DNA from: a virus
Reading direction: 5' to 3' (one strand)
IMG/VR virus record: IMGVR_UViG_3300005573_000055
Coordinates: 32,001 to 96,000 of that record
Length of the DNA stretch: 64,000 nt
Under the pieces are notes generated by a model that saw only the letters and a program-made list of their open reading frames with translations, searched no databases and was not told the origin of the DNA. This document shows, one piece after another, positions 9,602 to 20,401 of this stretch (its first letter is position 1; each line of letters opens with the position of its first letter). Position numbers and translations under genes: made by a program.

Positions 9602-10705
9602 TTATAAAGCTGTTGAAAGGTCAAATCCTATAGAATTAAGCCCTGAGTTATCTTTTAAGATACCCTGACGATATTCTTTGATTGTGGTTACTAAATCCTC
9701 TGTTGATATTGGCTCTGGATAATATATAGGATTCTTTAAGATTTGTTTCTTTTCTTCAATTGAAGCTTCATCAAATTTAATATCCTGGAGTATTTTTATG
9801 TGCTCCGAAATCTTCTTTGAGACTATAGTATTTACAATTTCTGGAAGGTCTGCTCCGCATATAGACTTGCGTTCCAGAGCTTTACTTACCATATTCCAAT
9901 TAATATCTCCAAGCTGAAGCTTCGTAAGATTTCTCTTTTTGATGTAAAGCTTAAGTCCATCAACCTTTGCTTCTGTAGTCAGATCTTTAAAGTAGATTAT
10001 CTTATCGAAACGGCCAGCTCTAATAGCTGCTGTGTCTATGCCTTCAAGATAATTTGTAGCCCCAATGACTGTAATGTTTTCAATGTTATTGTATCCTCCA
10101 GACATCCACTCGAGAAATACATTCACTCTTTTTGCAGAGGTCTCATGGATTTGATTTTCACGATTGGGAATCATAGCATCAATCTCATCGATAAATATTA
10201 TCACGTGACGCTTCTTTGATTCCGCTTCTGCAGCTTTGAAAAACATTCGCAGTGATTCAATTGGAGCATCGACCCATTTGTTAGCTATGTCTATATAGCT
10301 TAGACTCATAAGTGTTACTCTGTCGATAAGCCTTCTGCCTAAAGCTCTTACTGCAGCTGTTTTGCCTGTTCCTGGAGGGCCTACAAGTAAAATGCCTTTA
10401 GGCACTTTGGTATTCCATAACATGTAAATGCTTCTGTATAATATCGACTCAGCAAATCTTTTAAGTTCAGATATTGCTTCGTCCTGACCGACGATCTCAT
10501 CTAAATCAAGATCGCCAAGCTCCATTTGTGCGTCTTTGGCAGTGAACTCTTCTTGTTGTTTTTGATTTTCCCCTCGCAGATATTCATCGAGGAAATACTT
10601 TCTTTCCTTAGGAAGTTTTTTTACCTGCATGTTAAATCCAGAATTTGTCATTTGATTATCGTTTTTATTTGTATATTGCCCTGCCAAGGAGTGGGGTGAT
10701 GTCAT
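9602..10705 (-). CDS. AAA+ ATPase (CDC48/FtsH-like module)
   Basis: PKGILLVGPPGTGKT Walker A, IIFIDEID Walker B, GATN sensor 1, IDTAAIRAGRFD second region of homology. Confidence 0.9.
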   Translation of the reverse strand: MTSPHSLAGQYTNKNDNQMTNSGFNMQVKKLPKERKYFLDEYLRGENQKQQEEFTAKDAQMELGDLDLDEIVGQDEAISELKRFAESILYRSIYMLWNTKVPKGILLVGPPGTGKTAAVRALGRRLIDRVTLMSLSYIDIANKWVDAPIESLRMFFKAAEAESKKRHVIIFIDEIDAMIPNRENQIHETSAKRVNVFLEWMSGGYNNIENITVIGATNYLEGIDTAAIRAGRFDKIIYFKDLTTEAKVDGLKLYIKKRNLTKLQLGDINWNMVSKALERKSICGADLPEIVNTIVSKKISEHIKILQDIKFDEASIEEKKQILKNPIYYPEPISTEDLVTTIKEYRQGILKDNSGLNSIGFDLSTAL

Positions 10706-11417
10706 CTCTGCTAAAACCGCGTATTTTTAAATGATTTTTATAATCTTTATAGTTAATTTGTTCCCACTTTGGTCTTACAAAATCGTAGAACTCGCTTAGT
10801 TCTACGGGAAGTTCAGATGGCTCTTCCTCAAGTGGGATTTCATGTGTGTTAATTAGATTTTCTTTTCTAAATGCTGCTGTAAGTTCATTACGAACTCTTG
10901 CAGTAGTATACCTAATGATAAATCCTGCTGCTGTGGCGGTTATTTTGGGTAGACTATGCAGATATCTTATGACTCTGTATAAAGCAAAATATATCTGTCC
11001 GTCAAGTCCCACTGTTTTGTCATATCTGTTTAGAAATTCAAGATAGTCAAAAACCTCATCTTCTGCAATACTGTAACGACCATTATAGAATAAAATCTTT
11101 ACCTGATATGGTGTAAAGAACTCATAGTAGTTCCTAAACATCAGCAGCTGATAGATAAAATCAATCAGCTCTGGATGCCTTTCCCACAGCAATGCTGTCA
11201 GCATTTCAGGATTGAGCTTATTGATATACTGTCTTATAAACTTATCGACTTTTCCATATATTATGTTTATTCTTACGCGGCTTATCGTGTGACATCTATC
11301 AGTTGACTTGCTCTTCGATCGCTTCACGGCCGCCTGATATGTATGCCCATAGTAAATCTTTACAAGCGTAAAATACTTTTGCAAAGAGAGCATTCTGATC
11401 GCTGATGGCTTCATCAT
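10665..11417 (-). CDS. hypothetical protein
   Basis: 250 aa ORF within the operon; true start uncertain. Confidence 0.45.
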   Translation of the reverse strand: MMKPSAIRMLSLQKYFTLVKIYYGHTYQAAVKRSKSKSTDRCHTISRVRINIIYGKVDKFIRQYINKLNPEMLTALLWERHPELIDFIYQLLMFRNYYEFFTPYQVKILFYNGRYSIAEDEVFDYLEFLNRYDKTVGLDGQIYFALYRVIRYLHSLPKITATAAGFIIRYTTARVRNELTAAFRKENLINTHEIPLEEEPSELPVELSEFYDFVRPKWEQINYKDYKNHLKIRGFSRDDITPLLGRAIYK

Positions 11418-11646
11418 CTGGTACCGGTGTGCTAAAGCCTACATCAGGATATTGCTCTTTTGGTATGTTTTTGACTATGTCTTTAAATAATATTTGCGGT
11501 GAGGCGAATATCTTAAAGCGCTGATCTTTCTCGTCGTAAAAATATCCTAACTCCTTGAATATACCAAACTTTTCAAGATACTGTCTTACAAAATCCATAA
11601 AGAGTTTTTGATTGTCGGTTAGTTGTGGTATTGTTTGTTCAGACAT
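11299..11646 (-). CDS. hypothetical protein
   Basis: 115 aa ORF with AGGAG RBS. Confidence 0.55.
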   Translation of the reverse strand: MSEQTIPQLTDNQKLFMDFVRQYLEKFGIFKELGYFYDEKDQRFKIFASPQILFKDIVKNIPKEQYPDVGFSTPVPDDEAISDQNALFAKVFYACKDLLWAYISGGREAIEEQVN

Positions 11647-11657
11647 GTTATATTCTC

Positions 11658-12584
11658 CTATTTATTGTAGGTGTAAGTGGATTTGCGTTCCTCAACGCTT
11701 TTGTATATACCACGTAAAACTCTTTCATCAAATTTAAGCAATAATTTTCTATAATGCCTATCTAATTTACCTGCAAGACGATATTTTCTGTTGTCAATGT
11801 ATCTTAACCTGATAAGCAGTTCAAGCAATGTGTTATATACAAGCGCTTCATATCTAATAAATGTTTTAATATCCAGATGAAGAAGTTTTTTATGGCCTTT
11901 GAAAAACAGTCTTACAATCCATCCTATAACTGGCAATGCTGCAAGTCTGCTTAAGAATGTGCTGTTTTGTGTGAATATAGCCTTTTTTGGATTAAGCTTG
12001 AATGTTAAACATAAGACAACCAGCAGTCTTATGAGGCTTGTCGATACTTTGTCACTTATAGGGAACAGACTATTGGCATCATGCTGAATGCAAATTCCTA
12101 TTGAGCGTATATTTGATCCGTATGAATGCCATGTGATCCTGTCAAGCGGCACAATTTGCTGAATAGTGCCTTCAGAATCTATCAGAAAGTGCCATGTAAC
12201 ACCTGGCAGTGTCTTACCTGTAACGTCGTTATTTGATGATGTATCAAATTTAATAAGCTTACTTAGGCCCCAAGAGCCATCGCCTGTAATACCGATGGTA
12301 ATTCTGTCAATTGCATCTAAAGGTCTTTGTCTCCAGTTCTTCCAATACTCACCGTCGCTGAAGGCAGTATTGTCAAAAATTATCCATCTGCACATATAAG
12401 TCGTATTAAGCACCGCCTGACTGTACTTTTCCATTTGCTCTTCTGACGGCGTTGCAATGAAATGACCTTTGCGTCTGATGCCATAATTGTCACGTTTTCT
12501 AAAACCGCCGCGTATACGACCGCCTAAACTAAGCTTATTAAGCAGTTTTAGATAGATTGTATATAATGTTATCCATATGTTCAT
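11658..12584 (-). CDS. Amidase_2 / PGRP-fold protein with degenerate Zn ligands
   Basis: TWHFLIDSEGTIQQIVPLDRITWH...NIRSIGICI is amidase-like, but the first IxIHHT motif reads ITIGIT and no GH...CPG motif is seen. Confidence 0.7.
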   Translation of the reverse strand: MNIWITLYTIYLKLLNKLSLGGRIRGGFRKRDNYGIRRKGHFIATPSEEQMEKYSQAVLNTTYMCRWIIFDNTAFSDGEYWKNWRQRPLDAIDRITIGITGDGSWGLSKLIKFDTSSNNDVTGKTLPGVTWHFLIDSEGTIQQIVPLDRITWHSYGSNIRSIGICIQHDANSLFPISDKVSTSLIRLLVVLCLTFKLNPKKAIFTQNSTFLSRLAALPVIGWIVRLFFKGHKKLLHLDIKTFIRYEALVYNTLLELLIRLRYIDNRKYRLAGKLDRHYRKLLLKFDERVLRGIYKSVEERKSTYTYNK

Positions 12585-13083
12585 CTATCAAACTCCTTAT
12601 GTTATTGAGTGTAATGTCATCTTTGTAACTTATTCTGATAAGGTAATAACCTTTTGACTTAAGCATTGATTCTTTTTGCTTGTCGTTGTCCTCTAAGTGT
12701 TCAAATTTCTTGATGCCGGAGACTCCTTCGCCGTGAATCCAGCGATTTACTCCAAAGTGAAATTCTCCGTCATATTCTATAGCAAGCTTTAAGTCTTCTA
12801 TTAAAATGTCTATGTAAAATCCTTCCATGTAAACATTGTCTTGTATGTCATAATTTGGAAAGATTTGCTTTAGTATGTAGAGAAGCTCAAGTTCCTTTTG
12901 TGAGCGTGTTGTATTCTTGTAAGGCTCTAATATTTCAGTTACTATCTGTAAATCAAAACCTGTCAGTTCTGCTATTTCTTCGAATGAACATCCTTCAAGG
13001 TATAGTTTAACTATATCATTCTTAGATCTTAAGGCAATGATATAATCCCTTCTTTTCTTGCGATTAGAATTAACATTTTCCAT
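12538..13083 (-). CDS. HTH plus DUF559/Vsr-like endonuclease
   Basis: GCSFEEIAELTG HTH; IDILIEDLKLAIEYDGEFH and GYYLIRI motifs. Confidence 0.75.
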   Translation of the reverse strand: MENVNSNRKKRRDYIIALRSKNDIVKLYLEGCSFEEIAELTGFDLQIVTEILEPYKNTTRSQKELELLYILKQIFPNYDIQDNVYMEGFYIDILIEDLKLAIEYDGEFHFGVNRWIHGEGVSGIKKFEHLEDNDKQKESMLKSKGYYLIRISYKDDITLNNIRSLIDEHMDNIIYNLSKTA

Positions 13084-13316
13084 AGATTGTCATCCTCTAT
13101 GACTTTAAGATGTGCTATGTCAACAAGATTGTCTGTGAGCTTGTTGCTTACGGCTTCTTCTATGTATATTTTTTGAGAACTTAGCACCTTGTAGATAATA
13201 AAGATTCTCTCTTTGATCTTGATTGTACCTAAATGCTGAAACTTTACACCGTTGTCTTCATAGATGCGTTCTTCTGATGTAAAGTTGTATACTTGTATCT
13301 CTGGTGTGATTATCAT
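13029..13316 (-). CDS. hypothetical protein
   Basis: 95 aa ORF overlapping both neighbours. Confidence 0.5.
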   Translation of the reverse strand: MIITPEIQVYNFTSEERIYEDNGVKFQHLGTIKIKERIFIIYKVLSSQKIYIEEAVSNKLTDNLVDIAHLKVIEDDNLWKMLILIARKEGIISLP

Positions 13317-14053
13317 AGTTTACTCCATGCTGTGCAGATTTCTCTTGCCCTGCATGTGTAGCAGGAGTTCTCGTTTGGCAAGTCAAAATCGCTTTCTATT
13401 AAGTCAGCCATTTGCAAAAGCCTGTGCTTAGAAAGCTTTAGCATTTCTTCTGTTACTGGAATAAAACTTAAATTCGTATATACTGGTTTTATTCTAAACT
13501 CTAAACTGATAAATCCATTACACTTGTATGGCAGCATTATGTCCTTAAAAGTACTTGTGGCAATGTATCTACTGCCATGCTTTAGCTGTATAGTATCATC
13601 CGAGTTTACAATAAATGCTGGAAACAGTTCTCCTTCTTTGTAAAAAACAATATCTATTACATCGTGATATACGGCTTTAGTGAAAACTTTTTCTATAGGA
13701 TAATCGTAGGCTGCAAGTTTAAAACCTTTTTCTTTCAGCATTGCTTCAAGTATAGCATGTATTTCGTTAATGACCATCGTGAAATTGTTAACATATCTTA
13801 ATGACAAACCTGAGTAGTCTCCTTTGAATTCGTCGAGCAGACTGTTAAATATATTTTGTGTGCTTGACAGGGCTATGAACTTTTGGCGTTTGAAAGACAC
13901 AGCAATAGTTCTCATGATAGTCATTTTGACTATGTGGTCTTTTTCTTTTATGCCAAGATGACGATAGTTCTTAAAGTAGTAAGGACATCGGAAGAACTCC
14001 TGGATGTCCTTACCTGAAAAGCTGTAGTTTTTAACTTCTAAGTCATTAACCAT
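13313..14053 (-). CDS. degenerate PD-(D/E)XK (AddB/Cas4-like) protein
   Basis: FFRCPYYF and CYTCRAREIC cysteine staple and IDIV present; no ExK motif. Confidence 0.6.
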   Translation of the reverse strand: MVNDLEVKNYSFSGKDIQEFFRCPYYFKNYRHLGIKEKDHIVKMTIMRTIAVSFKRQKFIALSSTQNIFNSLLDEFKGDYSGLSLRYVNNFTMVINEIHAILEAMLKEKGFKLAAYDYPIEKVFTKAVYHDVIDIVFYKEGELFPAFIVNSDDTIQLKHGSRYIATSTFKDIMLPYKCNGFISLEFRIKPVYTNLSFIPVTEEMLKLSKHRLLQMADLIESDFDLPNENSCYTCRAREICTAWSKL

Positions 14054-16658
14054 AGACTACATCTAATACCTGTTTGTAAAATGATGGCTTGGGTATCTTA
14101 TCTAAAATGCTTTCTGGTTCTACTCCTTCAAGATTGAAATATCTGCTTAAGATTTCTCGGGTAGGACCTTCGGATGCAGCTACATCTTTAGCAGTTAGTT
14201 CCATAAATAATGCTTTTTCTGGGTAGAAGTAATAAAATATGTCGTTTTTGAACTTGCTGATTTTGTTCTTAGTGACAGCAAGTTTGACTATAGGAAGTTT
14301 GTTTTCCTCGGTGCGTTCGTTAATCGGCACTTGTGGATCCCAGTAATATAATGCAGTTGTATCTGGATTGGTATGCATTTCATTTAGCAAGTGGCCTATC
14401 CAGTTTGCATCATACTCCAAGGATTTGCTATACTTAATCATTTCATTTAGCTTTTGACGGCTGTTGCTTCTTTGAGTGCCTAACTCTCCTTTTCTGTATT
14501 CTATTGTAGCAAAGGTCGTTACATTTAAGTCAACCGATATGTCTTGCTTTAGCGTTCTGGCAAGTTTTGTCAGTTTAACGATTTCATCTGATGATTCGAA
14601 ATCAGTAAGTTTATACATATTATCAAGGAAGTAGAGAACACGGCGGCCCGGGTATTGCTCTTGAATGTTGGTAATAACATTATATGCCGTCTGAATTGTG
14701 CTTCCTACAGTCGAGTCTTTGATAATTAGCCTTCCACGCTGAACCCAGTCTTTTACTTTCTGAATGGCCATATTTCTTACATACATAAATGCCTCATCTG
14801 ATTTCATGCCATACATATCTGGAGCAGCTACTCTGTTGATATTGATATACGGATGCTCAAATGCTGCAAGTGCTGAGACAAATCTTGGGAATATCTCATC
14901 AAATGAGTCGTCTATTGTATGAAAGAATATGCATACATCGTTATATCTTTCAGGTGAGCCAATTTGATCCCAATGCGGGAAGTCTTCGTGAGCATTTAAG
15001 ATACTTATTGCAAGATTTATCATGAATGAAGATTTACCAGCATTAGGTTCTCCACCTAAGATAAACAACTTTTTGTTCATTGGACCTAGGTGCTTCTTTT
15101 CGAATATTGGCATCCCGCCAAAGTATAAGAAGTTCTCTTGCGAATAGGTATCTGATCTTAAAACAAAGTCGTCTATGACATTTAGCGTATGACTGAATCC
15201 ATAGAGGTCGTTGTTATATCTTGCCATTATCTCACGAATGGCATTTTGGCTTTCCTGAAAGATCAGAAGTGCATTATCTGGATCTTTTTCTAAAGCAGCG
15301 ATTGCAGAACGAACTATGTTGGCACGTTCTGTTTTGATAGCTTTTTCTCTGTGGTTAATAAGCTTACTTAATTCGCTGCGCAAAGCATTAATATTTACAC
15401 CACAGACCTCTGACAGCTCATTTAGCTTTTGTTCTTTTTGGATTTCGCTTGATTCATTAGCGACAAGCTTGACCATCATCTCAGCAATTTCATAGTCATT
15501 GAATTGACCAGACTGCTTGAGATAGTCCAGCTTCCATGTAAATGTTGTTACATGGCGAAGTCTTAAGAAAGCCTCCGGTCCGTATTTGACTATGTAGGAA
15601 TTAGGATCTTCTCCTTCGGGCAACCATACAACGCGGCTTCTAAAGTTATTGATTCCTTCGAGAATAGAGGTTATTGCCTTAATGGTAGCAGCTTCACCTG
15701 CTTTATCGCCATCTAAGACAAAGACTATATCGTTTTCTCCAAGACGCTGCAAAGCCATTATGTGTTCTTCAGAGAATGTAGAACCGCATATAGCTATAGC
15801 TCTATAGCCTGCTTTGTCTAAAGCAATAGCATCTGTCTGGCCTTCTGTGATGTATAATGACTTAATCTTTGACTGTTTGCGTAAAGCACGGTTGATATTA
15901 TATAATGTTCCGCGCATTCTAAAGACGGCATTGGATTGTGTATTTACATACTTGGAACCTATGCCATTTTCTTTGTCAAAAGCACAATTTCTTGCGGCAA
16001 AGCCGTTTACATTGCCGTTTTCGTCTATGATAGCAAAGATGAGATTGTTTTCGTTGAAGATTGTACTTGTAATACCAGCCTTAGCAATTATTTCATCGTC
16101 AAATCCTGTTGCCTTAAGCTGACTTACAAGATTTCTGTAATCGCTGCAGTATCCAACACTAAAGTCGATAAACAATTCCTCTTTTAAGCCGTGGCTGTCT
16201 ATGTATTCCTTTACAGCTTGATTTACTGTATGGAAATTCTTTCTCAGCTCGCCTATAATTATGTCTTTGACCACTGCATTGACAGATCTTATATTGAGCT
16301 TTTCTAGCTCTTCAGCTGTGAGAGGCCTTATATCAACTTCAAAGCCATACATTTCTGCAAGCGGCTGAAGGTTCTTTAAGATAAAATCATAGCCAGACAG
16401 TGGTGCGCCTGTCAGAATGTGATTGGCAACGAATATATCACCTGTTCTGCCACAGCCCATGCATGCATACATAAGTTCGTCGTTAAACGAACGATATATA
16501 TGCATCGATGGATTGGAATCTTCATGGTCGGGATAGATGCATTGGAACATCTTCTCCCCTTTACGTCTGATGCCGTGGCGTTTAAGAAAGTCTGGTAAAT
16601 AGTTTTTAAGCAGCTTTTTTGCTTCAGCAACTGAGAGCTTTATCTTTTGCTTTTCCAT
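14046..16658 (-). CDS. DnaG-type primase - DnaB-type helicase fusion
   Basis: CHC2 Zn finger (CIYPDHEDSNPS...CMGC), KYVN, TOPRIM motifs EGQTD and DGDKAG; C-terminal GGEPNAGKSS Walker A, SLEYDAN and KNK. Confidence 0.9.
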   Translation of the reverse strand: MEKQKIKLSVAEAKKLLKNYLPDFLKRHGIRRKGEKMFQCIYPDHEDSNPSMHIYRSFNDELMYACMGCGRTGDIFVANHILTGAPLSGYDFILKNLQPLAEMYGFEVDIRPLTAEELEKLNIRSVNAVVKDIIIGELRKNFHTVNQAVKEYIDSHGLKEELFIDFSVGYCSDYRNLVSQLKATGFDDEIIAKAGITSTIFNENNLIFAIIDENGNVNGFAARNCAFDKENGIGSKYVNTQSNAVFRMRGTLYNINRALRKQSKIKSLYITEGQTDAIALDKAGYRAIAICGSTFSEEHIMALQRLGENDIVFVLDGDKAGEAATIKAITSILEGINNFRSRVVWLPEGEDPNSYIVKYGPEAFLRLRHVTTFTWKLDYLKQSGQFNDYEIAEMMVKLVANESSEIQKEQKLNELSEVCGVNINALRSELSKLINHREKAIKTERANIVRSAIAALEKDPDNALLIFQESQNAIREIMARYNNDLYGFSHTLNVIDDFVLRSDTYSQENFLYFGGMPIFEKKHLGPMNKKLFILGGEPNAGKSSFMINLAISILNAHEDFPHWDQIGSPERYNDVCIFFHTIDDSFDEIFPRFVSALAAFEHPYININRVAAPDMYGMKSDEAFMYVRNMAIQKVKDWVQRGRLIIKDSTVGSTIQTAYNVITNIQEQYPGRRVLYFLDNMYKLTDFESSDEIVKLTKLARTLKQDISVDLNVTTFATIEYRKGELGTQRSNSRQKLNEMIKYSKSLEYDANWIGHLLNEMHTNPDTTALYYWDPQVPINERTEENKLPIVKLAVTKNKISKFKNDIFYYFYPEKALFMELTAKDVAASEGPTREILSRYFNLEGVEPESILDKIPKPSFYKQVLDVVYG

Positions 16659-16667
16659 AGTGGCCTG

Positions 16668-16925
16668 TTAGTTTACTTGTTCCATGTTTCTATCTAAGAT
16701 TTCCTTTACTTTAGCTTCTATGTCTTCGATTGTAATTCCAAGTTTATCCATTAAGATTAAATATATGGCTTCTGTATTTAGAAGAGCTGTTTGTGTGCCA
16801 TGATTTATTCTTTGAACTTCTTCCCGAAGAGTAATGAAGTCTTTTGCAATAGCGCGCATTAACTCTTCAAAGCCTTCTGAACTGCCTTGTTTGTTTAAGT
16901 CGTCTAAAGTGATAATCTTAGCCAT
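16668..16925 (-). CDS. hypothetical protein
   Basis: 85 aa ORF with AAGGAG RBS. Confidence 0.55.
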   Translation of the reverse strand: MAKIITLDDLNKQGSSEGFEELMRAIAKDFITLREEVQRINHGTQTALLNTEAIYLILMDKLGITIEDIEAKVKEILDRNMEQVN

Positions 16926-16961
16926 TCTTTCTCCTTGTGATTGGTGGTTGTGTGTGGTCTT

Positions 16962-18017
16962 TTAAAGTTGAACGAACTTAATTAACTCAACAGGGTTACT
17001 TTTATGAACTACTATAATGGTTTGTTCAGAATAACCTTCTGGTATAAGCAGGCTTCTTGCAAATTGGTCTTGAGCAAGGAAAGAACCATTTCTAATTACT
17101 CGTGCCTTGCCCGCAGTGACAACCATTGTGTCATGAAAGTGCCCTGTAAGTATAACATCTACTTTATCGGAAAGTGCCAGTCCCAAGATGGAAACCTTTG
17201 ATGTTGGTGTATAGAGATTCCTTTTCATCTCATGAATAGCACCAAAGTTCCATCCTTTGACATTAAAGACTATGTCAGGTTTTTCTGTGGCATATTGGAT
17301 ATCAACATTTTTGATATCATTGTAATTCTGCTTGGCAAATTCGATCATTTTCTCAAGCAGAATGTAAACCTGTGTATCATAATTGTCTTTAATGGGATGG
17401 AACAGTTTTTCCTGGGTGCGGCTTTGGCCGTGATTGCCTGGCACTCCATAGATGCGTATTTTGCAATGTGGAAACAGCCTTTGCAGTTTAATGATATTAC
17501 GCAGAAAGCAATCCACAGAGGCCATGATTTGGGAGACAATACTTTCTTCAATCATGGCCTTCTGGAAACTAAATATGCTGCCGTCTCCTTCGAGTAAGTC
17601 TCCGCCAAAAACTACAACAACTTCATCGAAAGCTTGTTCTCCTAAGAACTTAATTGTAAGAATCGCATTGTCGAATAAACTATCGACTAAAGTTCGTGCT
17701 TTTTCTATATCAAAGATGATTGTGCCGTTCTTCTCAAATACTTTGCCGAAATGCACATCAAATATGTTTATTATTAAAGCACGCTTATCTATATCGGTTT
17801 CGGAGTAGTTTTTTGGCGGTCTGCCTCGTCTTTTCTTTGCTTGTATTTGCAACTCTTCGCTAAGGCTTTCTATGGACTCCAGTATAGCACTCTTGATGTG
17901 GTGTTTTAAGAGTGCTCTTTCTTTATAGCCAAGGTTTTTGGCTTTCTCGTCCAGTAAATTTATAAGCCTTATGTCGTTGCCATTTACAGAGAATTTCTGC
18001 CTTAGAGCTTTTCTCAT
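16962..18017 (-). CDS. calcineurin-like metallophosphoesterase
   Basis: DVHFG, GGDLLEG, GNHG, HE and GHFH motifs; AT-hook-like RRGRPPK. Confidence 0.85.
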   Translation of the reverse strand: MRKALRQKFSVNGNDIRLINLLDEKAKNLGYKERALLKHHIKSAILESIESLSEELQIQAKKRRGRPPKNYSETDIDKRALIINIFDVHFGKVFEKNGTIIFDIEKARTLVDSLFDNAILTIKFLGEQAFDEVVVVFGGDLLEGDGSIFSFQKAMIEESIVSQIMASVDCFLRNIIKLQRLFPHCKIRIYGVPGNHGQSRTQEKLFHPIKDNYDTQVYILLEKMIEFAKQNYNDIKNVDIQYATEKPDIVFNVKGWNFGAIHEMKRNLYTPTSKVSILGLALSDKVDVILTGHFHDTMVVTAGKARVIRNGSFLAQDQFARSLLIPEGYSEQTIIVVHKSNPVELIKFVQL

Positions 18018-18049
18018 TCTTCTGCCTCGACTTGTGTGTGTGTAAATTT

Positions 18050-20401
18050 CTATCGCACACGAGCTACTATGTAGCCTTCATCTGTGCGGATTTTAAGTAT
18101 GAGCGGATCATAACTGTCTGTCTCCATGACTTTGTGTAATACTTTATCGAAATCTCTTCTTAGTTGATCTATAGAGATTATCATCTCTCTTGGAAATTGT
18201 GTCTTTCTTGTACCTGATGACAATACTTTCAAATCTTCAACTGCATAGCTATCCTTGAACCGTCTGTACTTGATGCCTATAAGCTTATTGTAATAGTGAA
18301 GCTTGAATTTGTCTGCTTTTAGTTTTTCATACACATTGTTAAATACAAATAATGTGATAGGATCTTGCTGATAAATGCTCCTAAAAAGCAGTGTTAGACC
18401 ACGACCATTCTTGAATTTCTTGTGTGATACTATGAATCCTACAGTACAGAGATATCTTTTATCTTTGTCAGATAGAAATTCTTCTATCTCTTTGCGATAT
18501 ACATCCCCCAACGTTGATGTAAACCACATGTTGGTTACTTCGTATTCAAAATCTAGACGTTTCTCAATAGGATAATCAAACTCAAGCGGTACATCGAGTA
18601 TTTCATCGTGCTTTGGTATTCTAAAAAGGTAGTCTTTTTCTCTAAGTAGATGTACAGCTTCGCTTAGATATTCTATAAACGAAAGATCATTTTCTACATG
18701 TAATAGCTGTGCGCGTGTTAAGAACCGCTCTAAACACCCAGCCTTTGCCAATGCTGTTAGGCTATTTGTCTTGATGCCAGTTCTTATAATTAAATCACTT
18801 AAAGACTTAAAAGGTCCACCTTTTTGTCTTTGCTCGAGCAGAACTTGAGCATCTGAACCTAGACCTTTAATGCCGCTTAGTCCAAACCTAATTCTATTGT
18901 GGCCTACAACTGTAAATTCAGTTTCCGATTCGTTAACATCGGGCGGATAAACTTCTATACCAAAATTGCGTGCTTCATATATGAACTCTGTCATCTTTTG
19001 GAGGTCATTGCTTTCAAATATCAAGTTAGCTGCATAGAACTCATCTGTGTAATGTGCTTTAAGATACGCAGTCTTTGCTGTGATAATTGAGTAAGATACA
19101 GCATGACTTAAATTGAAAGCATAAGCACTGAATGATTCCATTTCATTCCACAGCTGATCTATTTCCTCCTCCGTCATGCCAATCTGCATAGCTTTATCTC
19201 TAAAGCGTTCCTTTTCCTTTACCATCTTTGCTTTCTGCTTTTTGGCAACGATCTTACGAAACTCATCTGCCTCCTGGTCACTATAGCCTGCTATAAGCTG
19301 AACTGTTTTTTGGATTTGCTCTTGGTAGATAAAATATCCGTATGTACTTTGTAAAACGCTTTTCAAGACTGGGAATCGTTCAGCTTGCGGAATTATATCA
19401 GGCTTTTGATTATTGCGGATTTTGAGTATACTGAACAGAAAATCCATCGGGCCTGGTCTAAAGCCTGCTGAGATGAGTACTATGTCAGAAAACTGCTTTG
19501 GCTTAAATTGCTTGATAAACTTTGTTATGCTATCACCTTCAAACTGAAATATTCCAAGCAGATTGCCTGATGATATTAGTTCATATGACTCAGAGTCGTT
19601 GATTGGTATATCTTCTAGTGAAAGCTTGATACCATGGTTTTTCTCTATAAGTTTTAATGTTTTCTCTATAACAGACAATGTCTTAAGGGCCAGCATATCG
19701 ACTTTGAGAAATCCCAAAGCTTCCACTTCATTCATATCACATTCGGTAATGATTTCACCTTCGCTTTCCCAGATGGGAATTGTCTCATAAAGCGGCTCGT
19801 TTGATATAATTATACCTGCAGCATGTGTAGAGCGCGATGATATCAAGCCCTCCATTTTGCGAGCAAGATCGATAACTCTCTTAGCATTACTGTCTTTCTC
19901 ATAGATGGTCTTGAAATCTTCATTCAAAGAAAGAAGACTGTCTATGGTCCAATTTGTTCCCTGCACAGGATCAGGAACCATATTTGCGAGCTTGTCAATA
20001 AAGTCAAATTCATATCCTAAAGCCTTGCCAACATATCTGATTGCTGACTTAGCATACATCCTATTGAATGTCCCTATCCTTGCAACATGAGAAGGACCAT
20101 ATTTATTCTTGATGTAAGAAACAACCTCATCACGTTTATCTTTGTCGAAATCTATGTCTATATCTGGAGATGTGCCACCTATATATTTTGGCAGACCAGT
20201 TGGCTTCTCATCCGTAATTCCTATAAGATAAGCTATAGTAGAATTTTGGTCGTTGGTAACCTTGATGCCTTTCTTTTTTAATGCAAGAAAGTAACCTTCC
20301 ATGTTGTATATTTCAACAGCACCTATTTCTTTCCTAAAAGCTGCATAGTCTATCTCACTGAGTCTGCTGCTGCTTAGACAAAGTTCTCTTAGTGTTCCCA
20401 T
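18050..20401 (-). CDS. dnaE: DNA polymerase III alpha subunit, C-terminal (catalytic) part
   Basis: PDIDIDF, HAAGIII, KVDMLAL, GIFQFE, RPGP, YQEQ, YAFNLSHA and PPDVNES motifs. Confidence 0.95.
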   Translation of the reverse strand: MGTLRELCLSSSRLSEIDYAAFRKEIGAVEIYNMEGYFLALKKKGIKVTNDQNSTIAYLIGITDEKPTGLPKYIGGTSPDIDIDFDKDKRDEVVSYIKNKYGPSHVARIGTFNRMYAKSAIRYVGKALGYEFDFIDKLANMVPDPVQGTNWTIDSLLSLNEDFKTIYEKDSNAKRVIDLARKMEGLISSRSTHAAGIIISNEPLYETIPIWESEGEIITECDMNEVEALGFLKVDMLALKTLSVIEKTLKLIEKNHGIKLSLEDIPINDSESYELISSGNLLGIFQFEGDSITKFIKQFKPKQFSDIVLISAGFRPGPMDFLFSILKIRNNQKPDIIPQAERFPVLKSVLQSTYGYFIYQEQIQKTVQLIAGYSDQEADEFRKIVAKKQKAKMVKEKERFRDKAMQIGMTEEEIDQLWNEMESFSAYAFNLSHAVSYSIITAKTAYLKAHYTDEFYAANLIFESNDLQKMTEFIYEARNFGIEVYPPDVNESETEFTVVGHNRIRFGLSGIKGLGSDAQVLLEQRQKGGPFKSLSDLIIRTGIKTNSLTALAKAGCLERFLTRAQLLHVENDLSFIEYLSEAVHLLREKDYLFRIPKHDEILDVPLEFDYPIEKRLDFEYEVTNMWFTSTLGDVYRKEIEEFLSDKDKRYLCTVGFIVSHKKFKNGRGLTLLFRSIYQQDPITLFVFNNVYEKLKADKFKLHYYNKLIGIKYRRFKDSYAVEDLKVLSSGTRKTQFPREMIISIDQLRRDFDKVLHKVMETDSYDPLILKIRTDEGYIVARVR

